64,000 nucleotides of DNA, taken from NCBI RefSeq assembly GCF_009914755.1, contig NC_060947.1. One strand, 5' to 3'. Positions 1 to 15,590 of the stretch are shown here, piece after piece. Source of the DNA: the human T2T-CHM13v2.0 reference genome, Homo sapiens. Each line of letters opens with the position of its first letter. The first letter of the stretch is position 1. The translations under genes and the position numbers were made by a program. The notes beneath the pieces are model-generated. The model worked only from the letters and a program-made list of their open reading frames with translations, was not told where the DNA came from and ran no database searches.

Positions 1-269
1 CCAGCAGTTTAGGAGGCAGAGGCAGATGGATCACCTGAGGTCAGGAGTTCGAGACCAGCCTGGTCAACGTGGTGAAACCCCATCTCTACTAAAAATACAA
101 AAATTAGCTGGGCAGGGTGGCGGGCGCCTGTAATTCCAGCTACTCAGGAGGCTGAAGCAGGTGAATCGCTTCAACCTGGAGGACAGATGTTGCAGTGAGC
201 CAAGATCACACCATTGTCCTCCAACCTAGGCGACAAGAGCGAAACTCCGTCTCAAAAAAAAAAAAAAAA
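1..269 (+). mobile_element. AluS (cut by window edge)
   Basis: Alu arms, central A-rich linker, poly(A). Confidence 0.95.
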
Positions 270-660
270 GTAAACATAGACTACCTTATGATCCAGCAAT
301 TCCACTGCTATGTATATGCCCAAAAGAATTGAAGGCAGGGAGTTGAACAGATACATGTATACCAATGTTCACAGCACCATTTTTTTAATAATAATAATCA
401 AAAGGCAGAAACAACCCAAATATCCATCAACAGATACATAAATATCTGACTTGTGCTACTATCTGAATGAACATGGACGACATTATTCAAAGTGAAATAA
501 GCCAGACACAAAAGGACAAAAATTGTATGAGTCCACTTATATGAGGTACCTAGAGCAGTCAAATTCACAGAAACAGAAAGTAGAATGGTAGTTTCCAGAG
601 GCTGAGGGAAGGGGCACAGAGTTTCAGTTTGGGAAGATGAAAAAGTTCTGGAGAAAAGAT
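270..660 (+). mobile_element. L1M (L1MB-like) 3' fragment
   Basis: atgatccagcaattccact ... gtgaaataagccagacacaaaaggacaaa ... cagaaagtagaatgg. Confidence 0.8.
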
Positions 661-2768
661 GCCAAAACAGAATTTATGAGGAGCAAGATAAGATACACAA
701 AGACAAGAGATTGTGAAGACCTAACATGTCAGTAACACGAGTTCTAGAGGAAGGAGGAAAAGCACTAAAAGAAGATGAACAATTAAAGAAATAATAGAAG
801 GCTGATCTTCCTGGTCTGAAGAAACACAAGTCCGCAGATTCAAAGGGCTCACTGGGGTCCAGATGGGACTAATAAAAATCAAAGGCACTTGCCTAGTGGC
901 ACCGTGATAATATTCCTGAACTCCAGAAGTACGGAGAACATCTTATAAACATTATGCAGACCGAAATAATACATAAATTACAAAAGCAGAAGAATCAGAC
1001 AAGCATCAGACATCTCATAAACCACACTAAAGGGTACTAAAGGGTAGACAGAAGTGAGATAACATCCATAAACCACTAAGAGAAAAGAATTACAGATGAA
1101 GAAACCAGTATTCAGCCAAGATGGCACTGACCTTTCAGGGTAAAATATAATCCCTACGGTAAGCCTATTGAGCACTCACTATGTTTCAGATACTCTGCCA
1201 TAGGCAGTATAAGTAATATTCATTTCAGCCTCACAACAATCCCATGAGGTGAATAATTTTATTATGATCCCAATATTACAGATGAGGAAAGTGAGACACA
1301 GAGAAATAAAGTTGCTTAACAAATTAAGTAATTACATGGCTCAGAAGTGGCAGAGCCAAAATTCAAATTCTGGTGTTCACACTCTCACACCATTCTACCA
1401 TTCCTAAGATTAGTTGTCTTGATGAGGGGTGAAGATAGGTCAGGAAATGGATGTTTCACAGAGGCAGAGGGAGAAGAACTGGGGGCAGAAGCCCAGCAGA
1501 TGGAAGAAAATGCATGGTGTAATGTCTGTAGTACATATCAAACATAAAATGCTGTATTTCATTGAAAATATGTAAAAATTGAAGAACTCGAAAGTGATAG
1601 GACATAAAAAAACATGGATTTAATCTTGGTAAATTTGCAAGCAATTTTATTCTCAGATTTTATTCTCGGATTTCTGTTATTTCAAGATAATGTCTGTTAT
1701 CAAGGGTTCAAAAAGGATAGTTCTGACTTGGAGATAGACTGCCTGGGTTCCAGTTCTCATTCTAGTTGTTCAGTAGCTCTGTAATCTTGGAGAGTTCCGG
1801 GGTGTTAATTTCACCATAGAGTGTGGTCCACTTTGAGGGAAAAGAGCTGGGCTTTCCTGCTCTTGGCCCCATTAGTCAGTAGCTGCAGCCACCCAGGGAA
1901 GGTGGATGCTTTGATGTATCTTGTCTGGCTGCTGTGGCTCCAGTAGCCTTTCAGCAGACCACAAGATGACGTCATAGCTGTAAATAGCTAGAAACAATGT
2001 GCACCAAAACTAGAGAAGTAGCCCTTACAATCCATAAAGCACATTTGAGGAAATTTGGGCAAGACACTGCGGTGTCCATATGGGGTTTTTTCTCCCATAA
2101 CAAAAACCAGAGGGAAGCAGTTGGAAGAGCTGGATCAGAGGGATGATAATGCTATCAAGAAACAAAAGATGGATGCAGCTCCTCCATCCTTAGCATGTTG
2201 GCTTTTTGCCTAGGGGTTTACATGCTGCTCAACCTCCAGGAAGAACATCCATGTTTCAAAAGGAACAAATGAAAAAGGGCGACAGCCAAGACTTTTACAT
2301 TCTTAAAAACTCTTTATAGGGAAGGGAAACTTCCAAGCAAATTTCCCCTTTTATCTTATTAGCCAGAACTGGAGGAAATGCCCACCCCCAAACCAATGAA
2401 AGGCCAAAGGGTTGGTTGACTGTGGTTTCAACTCATCACAATTCAGTTCCTGGAGCCAGGGCAAGAGCCCACCCTCCTTGGCATCAAGGGTTGCCACTGG
2501 AACAAGTCAGCGTTCTGTCAGCAGTGGTGATGGCTGTTGGGTTGGCTTTCATCAGTATCTGCCACCATCCTTTGCCCTGATTGAGATCATGGGAATAATG
2601 GGAATTATGTGATCCAAGGAAAGAGCAAAGAATGGAAAGAGAAGAGGATGGGAACTTGAGGAACCAAGCTATTGGAGGGACTGGCCCATGAAGGAGCCTG
2701 GAAAAGGAGCCAATTTTGAGTATTTGAATAAATACTCAAAAATTTATTGAGTATCTTCAGAATCAGTA

Positions 2769-2803
<35 letters not shown>

Positions 2804-2859
2804 CAGAAAAAAAGCCCAGGGAGTGATATCGCAGAAGCCAAGGAACAAAAAATGTTCAG

Positions 2860-3380
2860 TTCCTGTGGCAGTTACCTATTGCTGCGTAACAAACCAATCC
2901 CAACATTGTGCCTTAAAACAACATTCATTTATTGTTACGCTCTCAAGTTTTGGAAAACTGACTGGCTTAGCTGGCTGGTTCTTGCTCAGGGTTCCTCGTG
3001 TGACTACAGTCAGATGATGGCTGCTCAAAGGCTTCCTCATTTCCACATCTGGTGCTTGAGCTGGGAAGCTTCAAACAGCTGGACCCTGGATCAGCTGAGC
3101 ATCCTTAAGCCTCACTCTCTATCTCTCTGTGGTCTGTCTACACGATCTCTTCCCTGTGACTGCTTCAGGGTAGCCACCTGTTATCTTTCCAAAGATGTGT
3201 GATCCAAGGAGAGAACCGGGGCAGATGTGTTGCTTTTGATGATGTAGCTTCGAAGTCCCCAAGCATCACCTCCTGCCACATTCTCATTAAAAGTGAGTGA
3301 TGAAAGCCCATCTATATTCAATGGCTCTTGATGGGAGCCAAGACAAAAAATTTCCAGACATTTTTTGAAACCACTACATC
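2860..3380 (-). mobile_element. MLT1 (MaLR) LTR
   Basis: cagttacctattgctgcgtaacaaacc ... gtgccttaaaacaac. Confidence 0.7.
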
Positions 3381-4404
3381 TTGGTAATTTTCATTTTAAC
3401 CTACTGCTTGGTTGTCACAACAGGACAGGGATATAATTGCTAGAAAGGTGCTAACAGCCCCAGGTTAAGGACAGACGTTTCTTTAATGTAGCTATTGGAT
3501 ATAAAGGATCCATGTGTGATCTACTCACAGAAGGCACCCAGTCGCACCCCCAACTGGAGATACAAGCTTCACTAAGCTTTATAGCCCCCCAGGTTGCCCA
3601 GCTGATCAAAGACAGTAACTCATCAGATCTTTCCAGAAGCTCATGTTTGCCATGCCCTTAGGGTTTTTTCTACCCTCTAGTGAGTATCCCTATCTCACCA
3701 CATATTCTGGAGTCCTGCCCAAGCAGATCTGCTCTCAGGAGCAAGCCACTGATAATCCCTGCGCATTGCATCTTCCTCTGTGTATGCGGCAAACCTGAAT
3801 GATCAAAGGTCATATTTCCAGCCATAGCTTCTGCTAGCTGGCCGTGGCATCCAGGCTGCCCGTGGTCTTTCATGCACCTCGTTATCTAAAATCCTTACCT
3901 TGTCTATTTCCAAAGGCATCGAGACTACTCATGATCAAGCAGAAGGCGCAGTGGGGTAATTAGAGAATAAAGAGACCCATGTGAAGAGGACAAAGGGAGC
4001 AGAGAATTATTGTGCAGCTCTAAATTTCCTGAGAGTGAAGCCAAAAAGGCAAATCTTGGGTTTTACATTTTTTTCATTTCTCTTCAGAGACAAACTTTCT
4101 CTCAAAGTAAGCTCATTTATTACAACAGGGCACTGAATAAAGGACACTTGGTCACAAAGTCGACACAACACCTTTAACTGCAGTTATGCAAGAGTCATCA
4201 GCTGTCTGCATGATGGATTCTTCTACTGATCCTTTATAAAGATGAAAGATATACTATGCCCATTAGGCTGTCTCTTCCAATATTGTGTGTCTTAAGTGAG
4301 TCTTTCTCAGGTAATTTCCGTGAAAAATTTATTGAGCATCTTCAATATGTCAGACACTATGCCAGGTGCTAAAATAGCAGTCAATTTATCCCTGAGTCCT
4401 CTAA

Positions 4405-4590
4405 GACAGTACCTCTCAGACCTGAGTGTGCAAAACAACCCCGTGGAGGGCTTGTTAAAACTCTGGGCCCCATCCCTGGAGTTTCTGATTCACCAGAGGT
4501 AGAGTTTGAGAATTTGTATTTCTAACAAGTTCTCAAGTGATGCTGATGCTGCTGATCCAGGAACTACACTTTGAGAACCACTGCTCTAAA
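4405..4590. mobile_element. MER5A (hAT-Charlie); related copy at about 14515-14690
   Basis: atttctaacaagttctcaagtgatgctgatgctgctg..cactttgagaaccactg. Confidence 0.85.
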
Positions 4591-4603
4591 AGTCACCTGT
4601 AGG

Positions 4604-4850
4604 GGCTGAGGCAGGAGGATTGCTTGAGCCCAGGAGTTCAAGACCAGACTGGGCAACACAGTGAGACCCCATCTCTACAAAAAATTTTTTTTTAAATTAG
4701 CCAGGCTTGGTGGTGCATGCTTGTAGTCCCAGCTACTCAGGAGGCTGAGGTGAGAGGATCACTTGAGCTCAGGAGTTCAAGGCTGCAGGGAGCTATGATC
4801 ATGGCACTGCATTCCAGTCTGGACATCAGAGCAAGACCAAAAAAAAAAAA
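4604..4850 (+). mobile_element. AluJ, 5'-truncated
   Basis: gaggattgcttgagcccaggagttcaag; poly(A). Confidence 0.9.
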
Positions 4851-5165
4851 AGAATTAGGTCTATTTCCAGCTAGAGGGAATACCAATTCACTTCATGAAA
4901 AGTGTGAGAAATAATGGGGTAATGGGGCCCATTATAGAAAGAGTAGTATTTTTTTTCTCAGCCAAGAACTTTGGATTTTTTGAAGAATGTATAAGGCCCA
5001 AGGTTATTGCCAATCAGCATAGAAGAGATGATATTTGGGCTGAGAATTGTGAAACACCTGTTTTCTTCTCATAGCTTAACCCATAAAAGAACCCTAGTGT
5101 TACCTCTAAGAATATTCCAGCTTTATGAAGATCATTATCTCGGTGGACTTGTAAGAAAGAATTAA

Positions 5166-5538
<373 letters not shown>

Positions 5539-6122
5539 TCAATGCTTTCTTGCCACATATTCCCTAGATAATTATCACTAATTTCTTTCATAATTTGCTA
5601 TGTAGATTTCAACCAAAGTCAGTCAAATACAGAGATTTGGTGATAATTCAAAAACCTTCTAGTATATTTATTAAAACATTTTTAAAAAACGGAATACTAT
5701 AGCTAATTTCACTCACATTTGATGGACTCCATGTAAATTATGAAAAATCAGATTTTCAAATGTTCAATTTATTTTGGTCTCTGTCAAATCATACAACTTA
5801 CTTTACCTGGACTTCCAATTAAAATTGCCCATTAAAATTAAGCACTTATTTCTGCTCCATGTAAAATCACCCTCAAGCAAATATTGGGATGCATTTTTAA
5901 GGCATAAATTTAGCAAAAGGAAATAAGAGAAGAGAATATACAGTAATAACACAATTTTGGAAGTGAGAAAACAGAAAGACATGTGGTAACTGACTTGGTA
6001 GCTGGAGACAGCCAAAGCCTAACCCTGTAGGGGAAGAAACCAAGCAATGGGAATTATCCTGTAGGTCTCCCAGAAGGCTCAGGAATGGGTGGCCCCATTT
6101 ACCACTAGAAGTGGAGATAAAA

Positions 6123-6545
6123 TGTGTTGCAGCTGAATTGCAACCCCTCCCCACAAAAAAATTCATATGTGGAAGACCTCATTCCCAGTGTCTCAAAAGG
6201 TGACCATATTTAGAGACAGGGTCTTTCAAGAGATAATTGACTTAAGATGAGGACATTAGGGTGGGCCCTAATTCTGTATAACTGGTGTCCTTACACAAAG
6301 AGAAAATTTGGACACATGTGGACAGAGGGAAGATGATGTAAAGATACAGAGAGAAAATAGCCATCTACAAGCTGAGCAGAGAGAAGCCTGGAACAGAGCC
6401 TTCCCTCACAGCCTTCAGAAGGATTCAACCCTGCCAACACCTTGAACTCAAACTTCTAGCCTCCAGAACTGTGACACAATAAATTTCTGTTATGTATGCC
6501 ACCAAGTCTGTAGTACTTTATTACAGCAGCCCTAGCAAACTAATA
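6123..6545 (+). mobile_element. MLT1 LTR
   Basis: ttagggtgggccctaa, ctagcctccagaactgtga, cagccctagcaaactaata. Confidence 0.85.
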
Positions 6546-6589
6546 TAAGATGGAATTGAAAAATAGGAGAATTGGTTGAAGCAGTTGAG

Positions 6590-7160
<571 letters not shown>

Positions 7161-7430
7161 GTACTGTAATGACAACAGGAGAATTAGGTTAAATCTACAT
7201 GTACATGTACACATACCCTCCAGGCAGGAGATAAGAAAATTCCTAGCAAATTCCACCTGCCTGAGTGAAATGACATTGGGGTTTTTGCAACAGAATGGGT
7301 GGTGTGTTCATTTCCGATTGTTTCTGTAACAAATTACCACAAGTGGTTCAAAATGACAAAAATGTATTGTCTTAAAGTTTAGGAGGTCAAAGGTTCAAAA
7401 TGGGTCTCACTGGAATAAAATCAAGATGTC

Positions 7431-7731
7431 GGCCAGGCGCAGTGGTTCATGCCTGTAATCCCAACACTTTGGAGGCCAAGACGGGAAGATTACTTGAGGT
7501 CAGGAGTTTGAGACCAGTCTGGGCAACATAGTGAGAGCCCATCTCTACAAAAGAAAAAAGAAAAAAATTAGCCAGGCATGGCGATGCATGCCAGTAGTCC
7601 AGCTACTCAAGAGACTTGAGGTGGGAGGATGACTTAAGCCCAGGAGTTCAAGGCTGTTGTGAGCTATGATAGCACCACTGCACTCCAGCCTAGGTGACCG
7701 AGTGAGACCCTGTCTCTAAAAAAATAAAACA
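7431..7731 (+). mobile_element. AluJ
   Basis: Dimer with J diagnostics; tail runs directly into L1. Confidence 0.92.
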
Positions 7732-9674
<1,943 letters not shown>

Positions 9675-10269
9675 ATTTTCTCGCCTTTTCTGGTTTCCAG
9701 AAGTGGCCTGCATTCCTGGCCCATCCTAACCTCTGCTTCCATCCTCACATCTCCTTCTCTGATTCGGACTCTTCTGCCCATCTCTTTCATTTATAAGGAC
9801 CCTTGTGATTACTTAAGGCCCACCTGGGTAATCCAGGCTACGCTCCCTATCTCAAAGTCCTTAACTTCATCACATATGCAAGGTCCCCTTTTGCCATGGA
9901 AGGTAAGATATTCACCAGTTCCAGAGAGTAGGGTGTGGACACTTTTGGAGCCATTATTCTGTCCAACACAGGGGGTTCCATCACTCTCAGTGAAACCCAC
10001 AGTTGACAAGCCCCATTCACTGGCACAGAGCTTTCGGTCCTCTTTGGTGCCACATCTTAAAATATTGGCAGACAGCTTCAACCTCTGAGCCTCAGTTTTC
10101 TCATCTCTAAAAGCCCGCTTGGGATTGTTGCTAAGATGAAATGAGTTCACATGCATGAAGCATTTAAAAGTGTTTCTGCCAGATAGTAAGTGCTATTGAA
10201 ACGTTTGCTTTTACGATTTGATATTATCATCATCTGAGAAAAATTTATAATGCGAAAGGCACAGAACAA

Positions 10270-11160
10270 AACAATTAGACAGAAAAAAGCAACTGGGAAA
10301 AAAGGCTACATAGGAAGATGAAACCATTCAAAAAATCTACCATTAATATATTCTCAGAGAAATAAGAGAAGATATTACGTCCATGAAATGAGAACTGGAT
10401 GCTATCAAAATATTGTAAAAGAAAAACCAGGAAATAAGAGCATGCTTTTGGAAATTAGGAGATTGCCATTTTGTAAGATTAAAAATCATCAAATATTGGC
10501 AATTTCATACGGTTTCACATTAATGAACACAGAAATGAAAAACTCAAATAGAACAAAAAGTTGAGGAAGTCTCTCAGAGACTAGAGCAAAAAGATAAAGA
10601 AATGAAAAATAGAAAAAAAAAGTATCACTCCAGGCAGGCGGGCCAACGACTAAGTGGAAAAAGTCCCAGAAAAAGAAGACAGGAAAAAATGCAGGGAAGG
10701 AAATTGTCGCAGAAGTAAACCAAGAAACTATCCCAGAATTGAAGGCATAATTGGAAGGGTCCCCTGAGTGACTAATACAATGGATGAAAATAGAACCATA
10801 CTGAGACACATGCTAGGGTCAAAGAGAAGCTCAGAGAAGCTTCCAGAGAGGAAAACTGAGGAAGAAACAATCTTATTACAAGGTTTGAAATGCTTCGAAT
10901 CTCTCAACAGAAACAATGGAAACTACAAGTATATAGAATAAAGCCTTTAACATTGTGAAGGAAAACTGTCTCCAATCAAGAACTCTGCCATCAGCCAAGT
11001 TTTGAGTTAAGTGTGAAAGCATGCTTAAGACATTTTCAGACTTGCAGAACGTCAAAAATATATTTCCCAACTACCATTCCTCAGGAAGCTACTGGATGAC
11101 AGGCTTCCCCCCAGCCCCCACCTCCAAATGAAGGAGTCTAAAAGAAAAAGGAAGATATGG
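10270..11160 (+). mobile_element. Ancient L1M/HAL1 ORF1-like remnant
   Basis: A-rich degenerate ORF1-like sequence; similar pieces at about 670-1150 (+) and 59670-60580 (-). Confidence 0.5.
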
Positions 11161-11534
11161 TGCCAGAGAAACTTTGGAACTGGTGATAAAGGTAGGGCTA
11201 GTAACAGAAGTACTGGGCTTAAGAAAAAGCAAACTTAAATACATATATATATATATATATACATATACAATAATGTGAAAAAATTATCTGGAGCATGTCT
11301 TTCAAACTTTAATGTGAGTCATTTGGAGGGCTGGTTAAACCTGAGCAAGCTTTCTGGGCAGAAATTGTTCTGTATACATGTTATTGAGGGATATGGAGGT
11401 TAATTAGAAAAAAAAGTGGTTATATCCAGGGAAGAAAAACTGGAGCCACAGGGGCTGGGGGTGGGGAGGTGCAGTGCAGGAAATTATTGCTAATGGCTGC
11501 AGTGGGTCCTAGCAGGAAGACATCTGGCCCTGTA

Positions 11535-11752
11535 TAACAGGGGTCAGCAAATTATGGCCAGGGAGCCAGCTGCCTATCTTTGCAAATAAACTTTTATTGG
11601 AACACAGCCACGTCCATTTATTTCAGTGTTGTCTATGACTGCTTGCCCAGGAGAATGGCAGGGTTGAGTAGTTGCCACAGAGTCTGTGTGACCCACGAAG
11701 CCTACAATATTTACTATCTGGTCTTTTACAGAAAAGGTTTGCAAATCCCTGT
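11535..11752. mobile_element. MER58A; family copies also at about 24290-24590, 26060-26270, 44360-44680 and 48880-49220
   Basis: caggggtcagcaaa, ttttattggaacacagccac, gtttgcaaatcccctg-type ends. Confidence 0.8.
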
Positions 11753-11918
11753 TTTAAACCATCGGTGTTTAACTGATAGAAATAAAAACTAAATTCTAAA
11801 AGAGCAAAAAAGAAAAAAATAATGACTATAGAATGGTAAAATGTTAGAGCTGGAAGAAATCACCTCCATCTGCATTGCTTAAGGAGAGAAGACTCAGGTT
11901 CGGGGAGGTGAAGTATGA

Positions 11919-11966
11919 ATTGAAAGTAATGGCAAAAACCGCAGTTACTTTTACACCAATCTAATA
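11919..11966. mobile_element. MADE1 (Hsmar1 MITE), one arm only, inside a MIR
   Basis: ttgaaagtaatggcaaaaaccgcagttacttttacaccaatctaata. Confidence 0.85.
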
Positions 11967-12859
11967 GCTTGTCCATGGCCCGAAGGTAGTGGGAAATCCA
12001 GGAGTATGACCCAGGTCACTGATTTCCCCCATTGCCACATGGTTATCTCTTACTAATCTATCACTGTATTTAAATGGCTTTCCATCTAGGCAAGTTATAA
12101 AACATTACTTAGTTTAGTAAAGTAAGGTATTCATGACTTAAAACTGGCATGTGACTAGGGTTCACCGAGAGTTCTAATTCAGCATTCTACAATGAAATCT
12201 GTGAACCATAAAGCCTGCATGCAGCTGAAATTCCTAAACTTTTCAGGAACACTGGAGTACACAATCAACGTTGCCTTAAATGTGATTTTCAATGGCTTTC
12301 AATTGTAAAGCATTACGCTAGCTTGTTGTCAGTTATTTCATCAAACCAAGTATGTATTTGCCACTTGGGGGGGCTATCATCTTCCTAAAGCAGGGTTTAA
12401 GGTGCCTAAGATGGAGAGTTCCAGTGTGAACCATGCACGTCCTTTGTTACAACCTAAAGCGCTGTGACAGGTAGAACGAAAAATGTAATGGCTCACACAC
12501 AGAGAAGTTTCTGATTCACGTAACACTTTGAAGGGATAGGAGTTGGGGAAGGGAGTTGGTTTATAAAGTAGGGGGTAGGGAAGAGAAGGGCTCTGTTTCA
12601 CATGGTCATTCAAAGGCCCAGGCTGATGGTGGCTCTGCCATCTTCAAAATTTGGCTTCCCAGAACACTCTAGTCATTATCATTCCGGCCAGCAGGAAGAG
12701 GGGAAAGTCATGGAGGAGTATGTGAGGTTTAATGCCACATCTGTTCACATTGTACTGGCTAGAACTCAGCCACACGCTGGCACCTAACTGTGAAGGCAAC
12801 TGGGAAATTTACAAGGATTTGAAAAATCAGGAAATATATAATGAACTTTGTATTTGTTT

Positions 12860-12990
12860 ATTTTTATTTTTTAGAAATGGAAGTCTCACTATATTGGCCA
12901 GACTAGATTTGAACTCCTGGGCTCAAGTGATCCTCCTGCCCCAGCCTCCCATGTAGCTGGGATTACAGGCACGTGCCACCATGCCTGACT
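12860..12990 (-). mobile_element. Alu monomer (FLAM-like)
   Basis: Single arm with T-rich tail. Confidence 0.8.
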
Positions 12991-14095
12991 TGATGAACTA
13001 TTTTAAAACAATATTTTCTGTACATCTTCAATTAACAAGCTCAATATGTTTTCTTCAGCTTCCAAACACATTTTCACATGTGTGGCCATGGGCCTGGGGA
13101 AGGGGTAAATGAATGTTCGTGGTCTTCACCATATTTATTGCTAAAGACTGAGGTTTATAGCCAAAAATGCTTGCAAAGCAACATTCCATTGTTATCACTG
13201 AGATCTTTTCTCCATTGGAAAGTGGGAATGAGACAGACAGGTGTCCTACAGAGGTCTTTTGTCCACCTAACTATATCAAAAACACTTTCAGTCATTACTA
13301 TTGAAGAGCAGTTTTGATCTATAACTTAGTGGGCTGAAAATTAGGGTGTGGGCATTTTAGTTGTGGCATAAACTGGGCATAGTGTCCCCAAGGACTCAGG
13401 CTTAGGAAGAGGGCTTACTTGACCTGAAGCTAAACATTTTTTAACAAATAGTTGCAGAAAAATACATAGTCACCTGCAAGCACTGACAGGTAATAGCCTG
13501 GCATGAATCTAAATACCTTTATCTTACATACCTGTAATAGTTTAAATCTGAAGACAACCTGAATCCCAGCTGATGCAGCTTGTACACCCAAGCCAGTGCA
13601 CCTGATCGTCTAGGGTCCCACAGGCCTGTGGCTTCCTCCTCTCATGGGGTCAGCATGAGTTATAAATCCTGCAGCAGCATACCCACCTTTCCTTCCTGGT
13701 TCTTCTATTTGCACTGTTGCCTGCAAGAAACTATGGATGGGGAAAAGTAAAAATTCACTCTCCCCAGTCTTGCATCAGTTGGCCTGGAATTAGCATGATC
13801 CATGTGGTCTGCCATTTGGTTTGCTGTCCAGCCCTTCCTGATCACCAGGAGAGACCGAGAGCTCAGGAGTGAAGCAGAGAGCACATGCACCAATGTGGGG
13901 GCCGGTGGTCCTGATAGCCCTGGAGCTACCCAGACAGACGGGAGAAAGGGGACTCTCTAGGCCATCAAAGATAAACTGCATTTCCCTTAGAATACTACCT
14001 AAGCCTGCTCCATCTTCACCTAGGAGCCATTTATTTGTTTTTATATTAAGAATTTTATTATGCGCTTTGGTTTATATTCATTATGATTTACAAAG

Positions 14096-14114
14096 TCCTG
14101 CCATCTAGTGGCCA
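14096..14114 (-). promoter_or_regulatory. CTCF motif
   Basis: Minus strand reads TGGCCACTAGATGGCAGGA, matching the CCASYAGRKGGCRS consensus. Confidence 0.65.
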
Positions 14115-15061
14115 AATTAATAACACATCTTCTCTGAACACGCCAGTATCTGCCCAGGACTCAAATATCGGATCCTTGAAATGTTTTTTAACAATGCCTA
14201 ATGTAGAGCAGATATTCAGAAATATTTAATGCAAAAGTAAAATGTAGTTCAACCAACAGTTTCAAGATATGGTATATGACATACAAGGAAATGAAAGAAA
14301 GCAGACATCCTACGATATTTATGGCTAAGCTCTATTGTCAGTGTGTTATAATCCAGTAGGGATCTCTCCAAAGAGAAATCTCAGAAGGGCCAAATATGGT
14401 GAATTATTGTATGTACACTCATGGTCTTCATCATCGTGGTCATCATCATTATCATTACACAGACAAAAGGGGCCAACAACAGGCTTACCTTGAGAGAAGG
14501 GGAGAAATGGACTACAGCAGAGTTTCCCAAATTTGTCTGCATATTTATAATCACCTGGAGATCATTTAGATTCCAAAGCCCAGACCACATTGCATGCCAG
14601 TTAAATCACAATCTCTGGGAGTGGCCCAGGCATCAGTATTTTTGAAGTTCCCAGATTCAAATACACAGTCATGTATGGGGATCACGGGATTATGAGTATC
14701 CAGCATTTACATCCGTGCAATGGTATCTTACACGAGCAGTTTACAAGAGCATTTTGGACTAGATTAACTCATCTAATCCTTGTGCATTAGGATTATAAGT
14801 AAGAATAATCCCTGTGCGATAAATAAAATCATTTCCCTGTTGGTTCCTAATTTTCCAGAAAGCTTGGGAAGTCATCTGGGAGCTACATTGGCACAGCAAG
14901 CCTGCCCTCTTCCCTATATTATGTGGTTGCTTGAGGTGGCTGGGGTGGGGAAGCTGACCAAGAGTATGGGGGACTAAAGCCCCATTCCCCACACAGTGCC
15001 CCCACTGATTAATTACCTCTGCTTTCGAAAGGCAGAGACAGAGGCTTCTCATTTCCTTAAA

Positions 15062-15125
15062 GCGGCACAGCGGTGCACAGCGGTGCACAGCGGAGGCGGC
15101 ACAGCGGTGCACAGCAGAGGCAGCA
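15062..15125. repeat. GC-rich minisatellite, unit GCACAGCGGT
   Basis: Five GCACAGC(G/A)G copies, partly organised as a 24-bp higher-order unit. Confidence 0.85.
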
Positions 15126-15142
15126 CTGCGCCCTCTGCTGGA
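15124..15142 (-). promoter_or_regulatory. CTCF motif
   Basis: Minus strand reads TCCAGCAGAGGGCGCAGTG, near-consensus core. Confidence 0.7.
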
Positions 15143-15319
15143 GGGTCCGAGTGGGCTCTTGGGTATGCAGTGGCAACAGCAGCGCCCTCCGGCGTGTGCT
15201 TTCCACTCACGGAGCTGGGATCCATGCACTGCAATGCCCTTCATGCAGATTGAATGTAGACAAATCCGAATTTTTCTGATGTATTTCTATATAAAACGAT
15301 TATTTACTTCGTGGAAGCC

Positions 15320-15590
15320 TTTTTTTTTTTTTTTTTTTTTTTGAGGCAAGGTCTCAATCTGTCACCCAGGTGAAAGTGGCAGTGGCGCAATTACGGCTCA
15401 TTGTGGCCTCTATCCCTGAGCTCAAGAGATCCTCCCGCTTCATTTAGTGATTTTTTGTAGAGACCCCACCTCTACTATTTTTGTAGGTCCCGTGTTACCC
15501 AGGCTGGTCTCGAGCTCCTCGGCTCAAGTGATCCACTTGCCTTGGCCTCCCAAAGTGTGGGGATTACAGGCGTGAGCCACTGCGTCCAGC
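15320..15590 (-). mobile_element. AluJ, rearranged
   Basis: Poly(T) then degenerate dimer. Confidence 0.85.

Noticed and set aside
1966-1975. Perfect CRE palindrome ATGACGTCAT
   Set aside because: Isolated motif 33 kb from the promoter in degenerate repeat-like sequence, with no supporting context.
15062-15125. CRISPR-like or metal-response-element array
   Set aside because: Repeats are contiguous with no unique spacers, the DNA is eukaryotic, and TGCACAG/TGCACCG do not fit the MRE core TGCRCNC.
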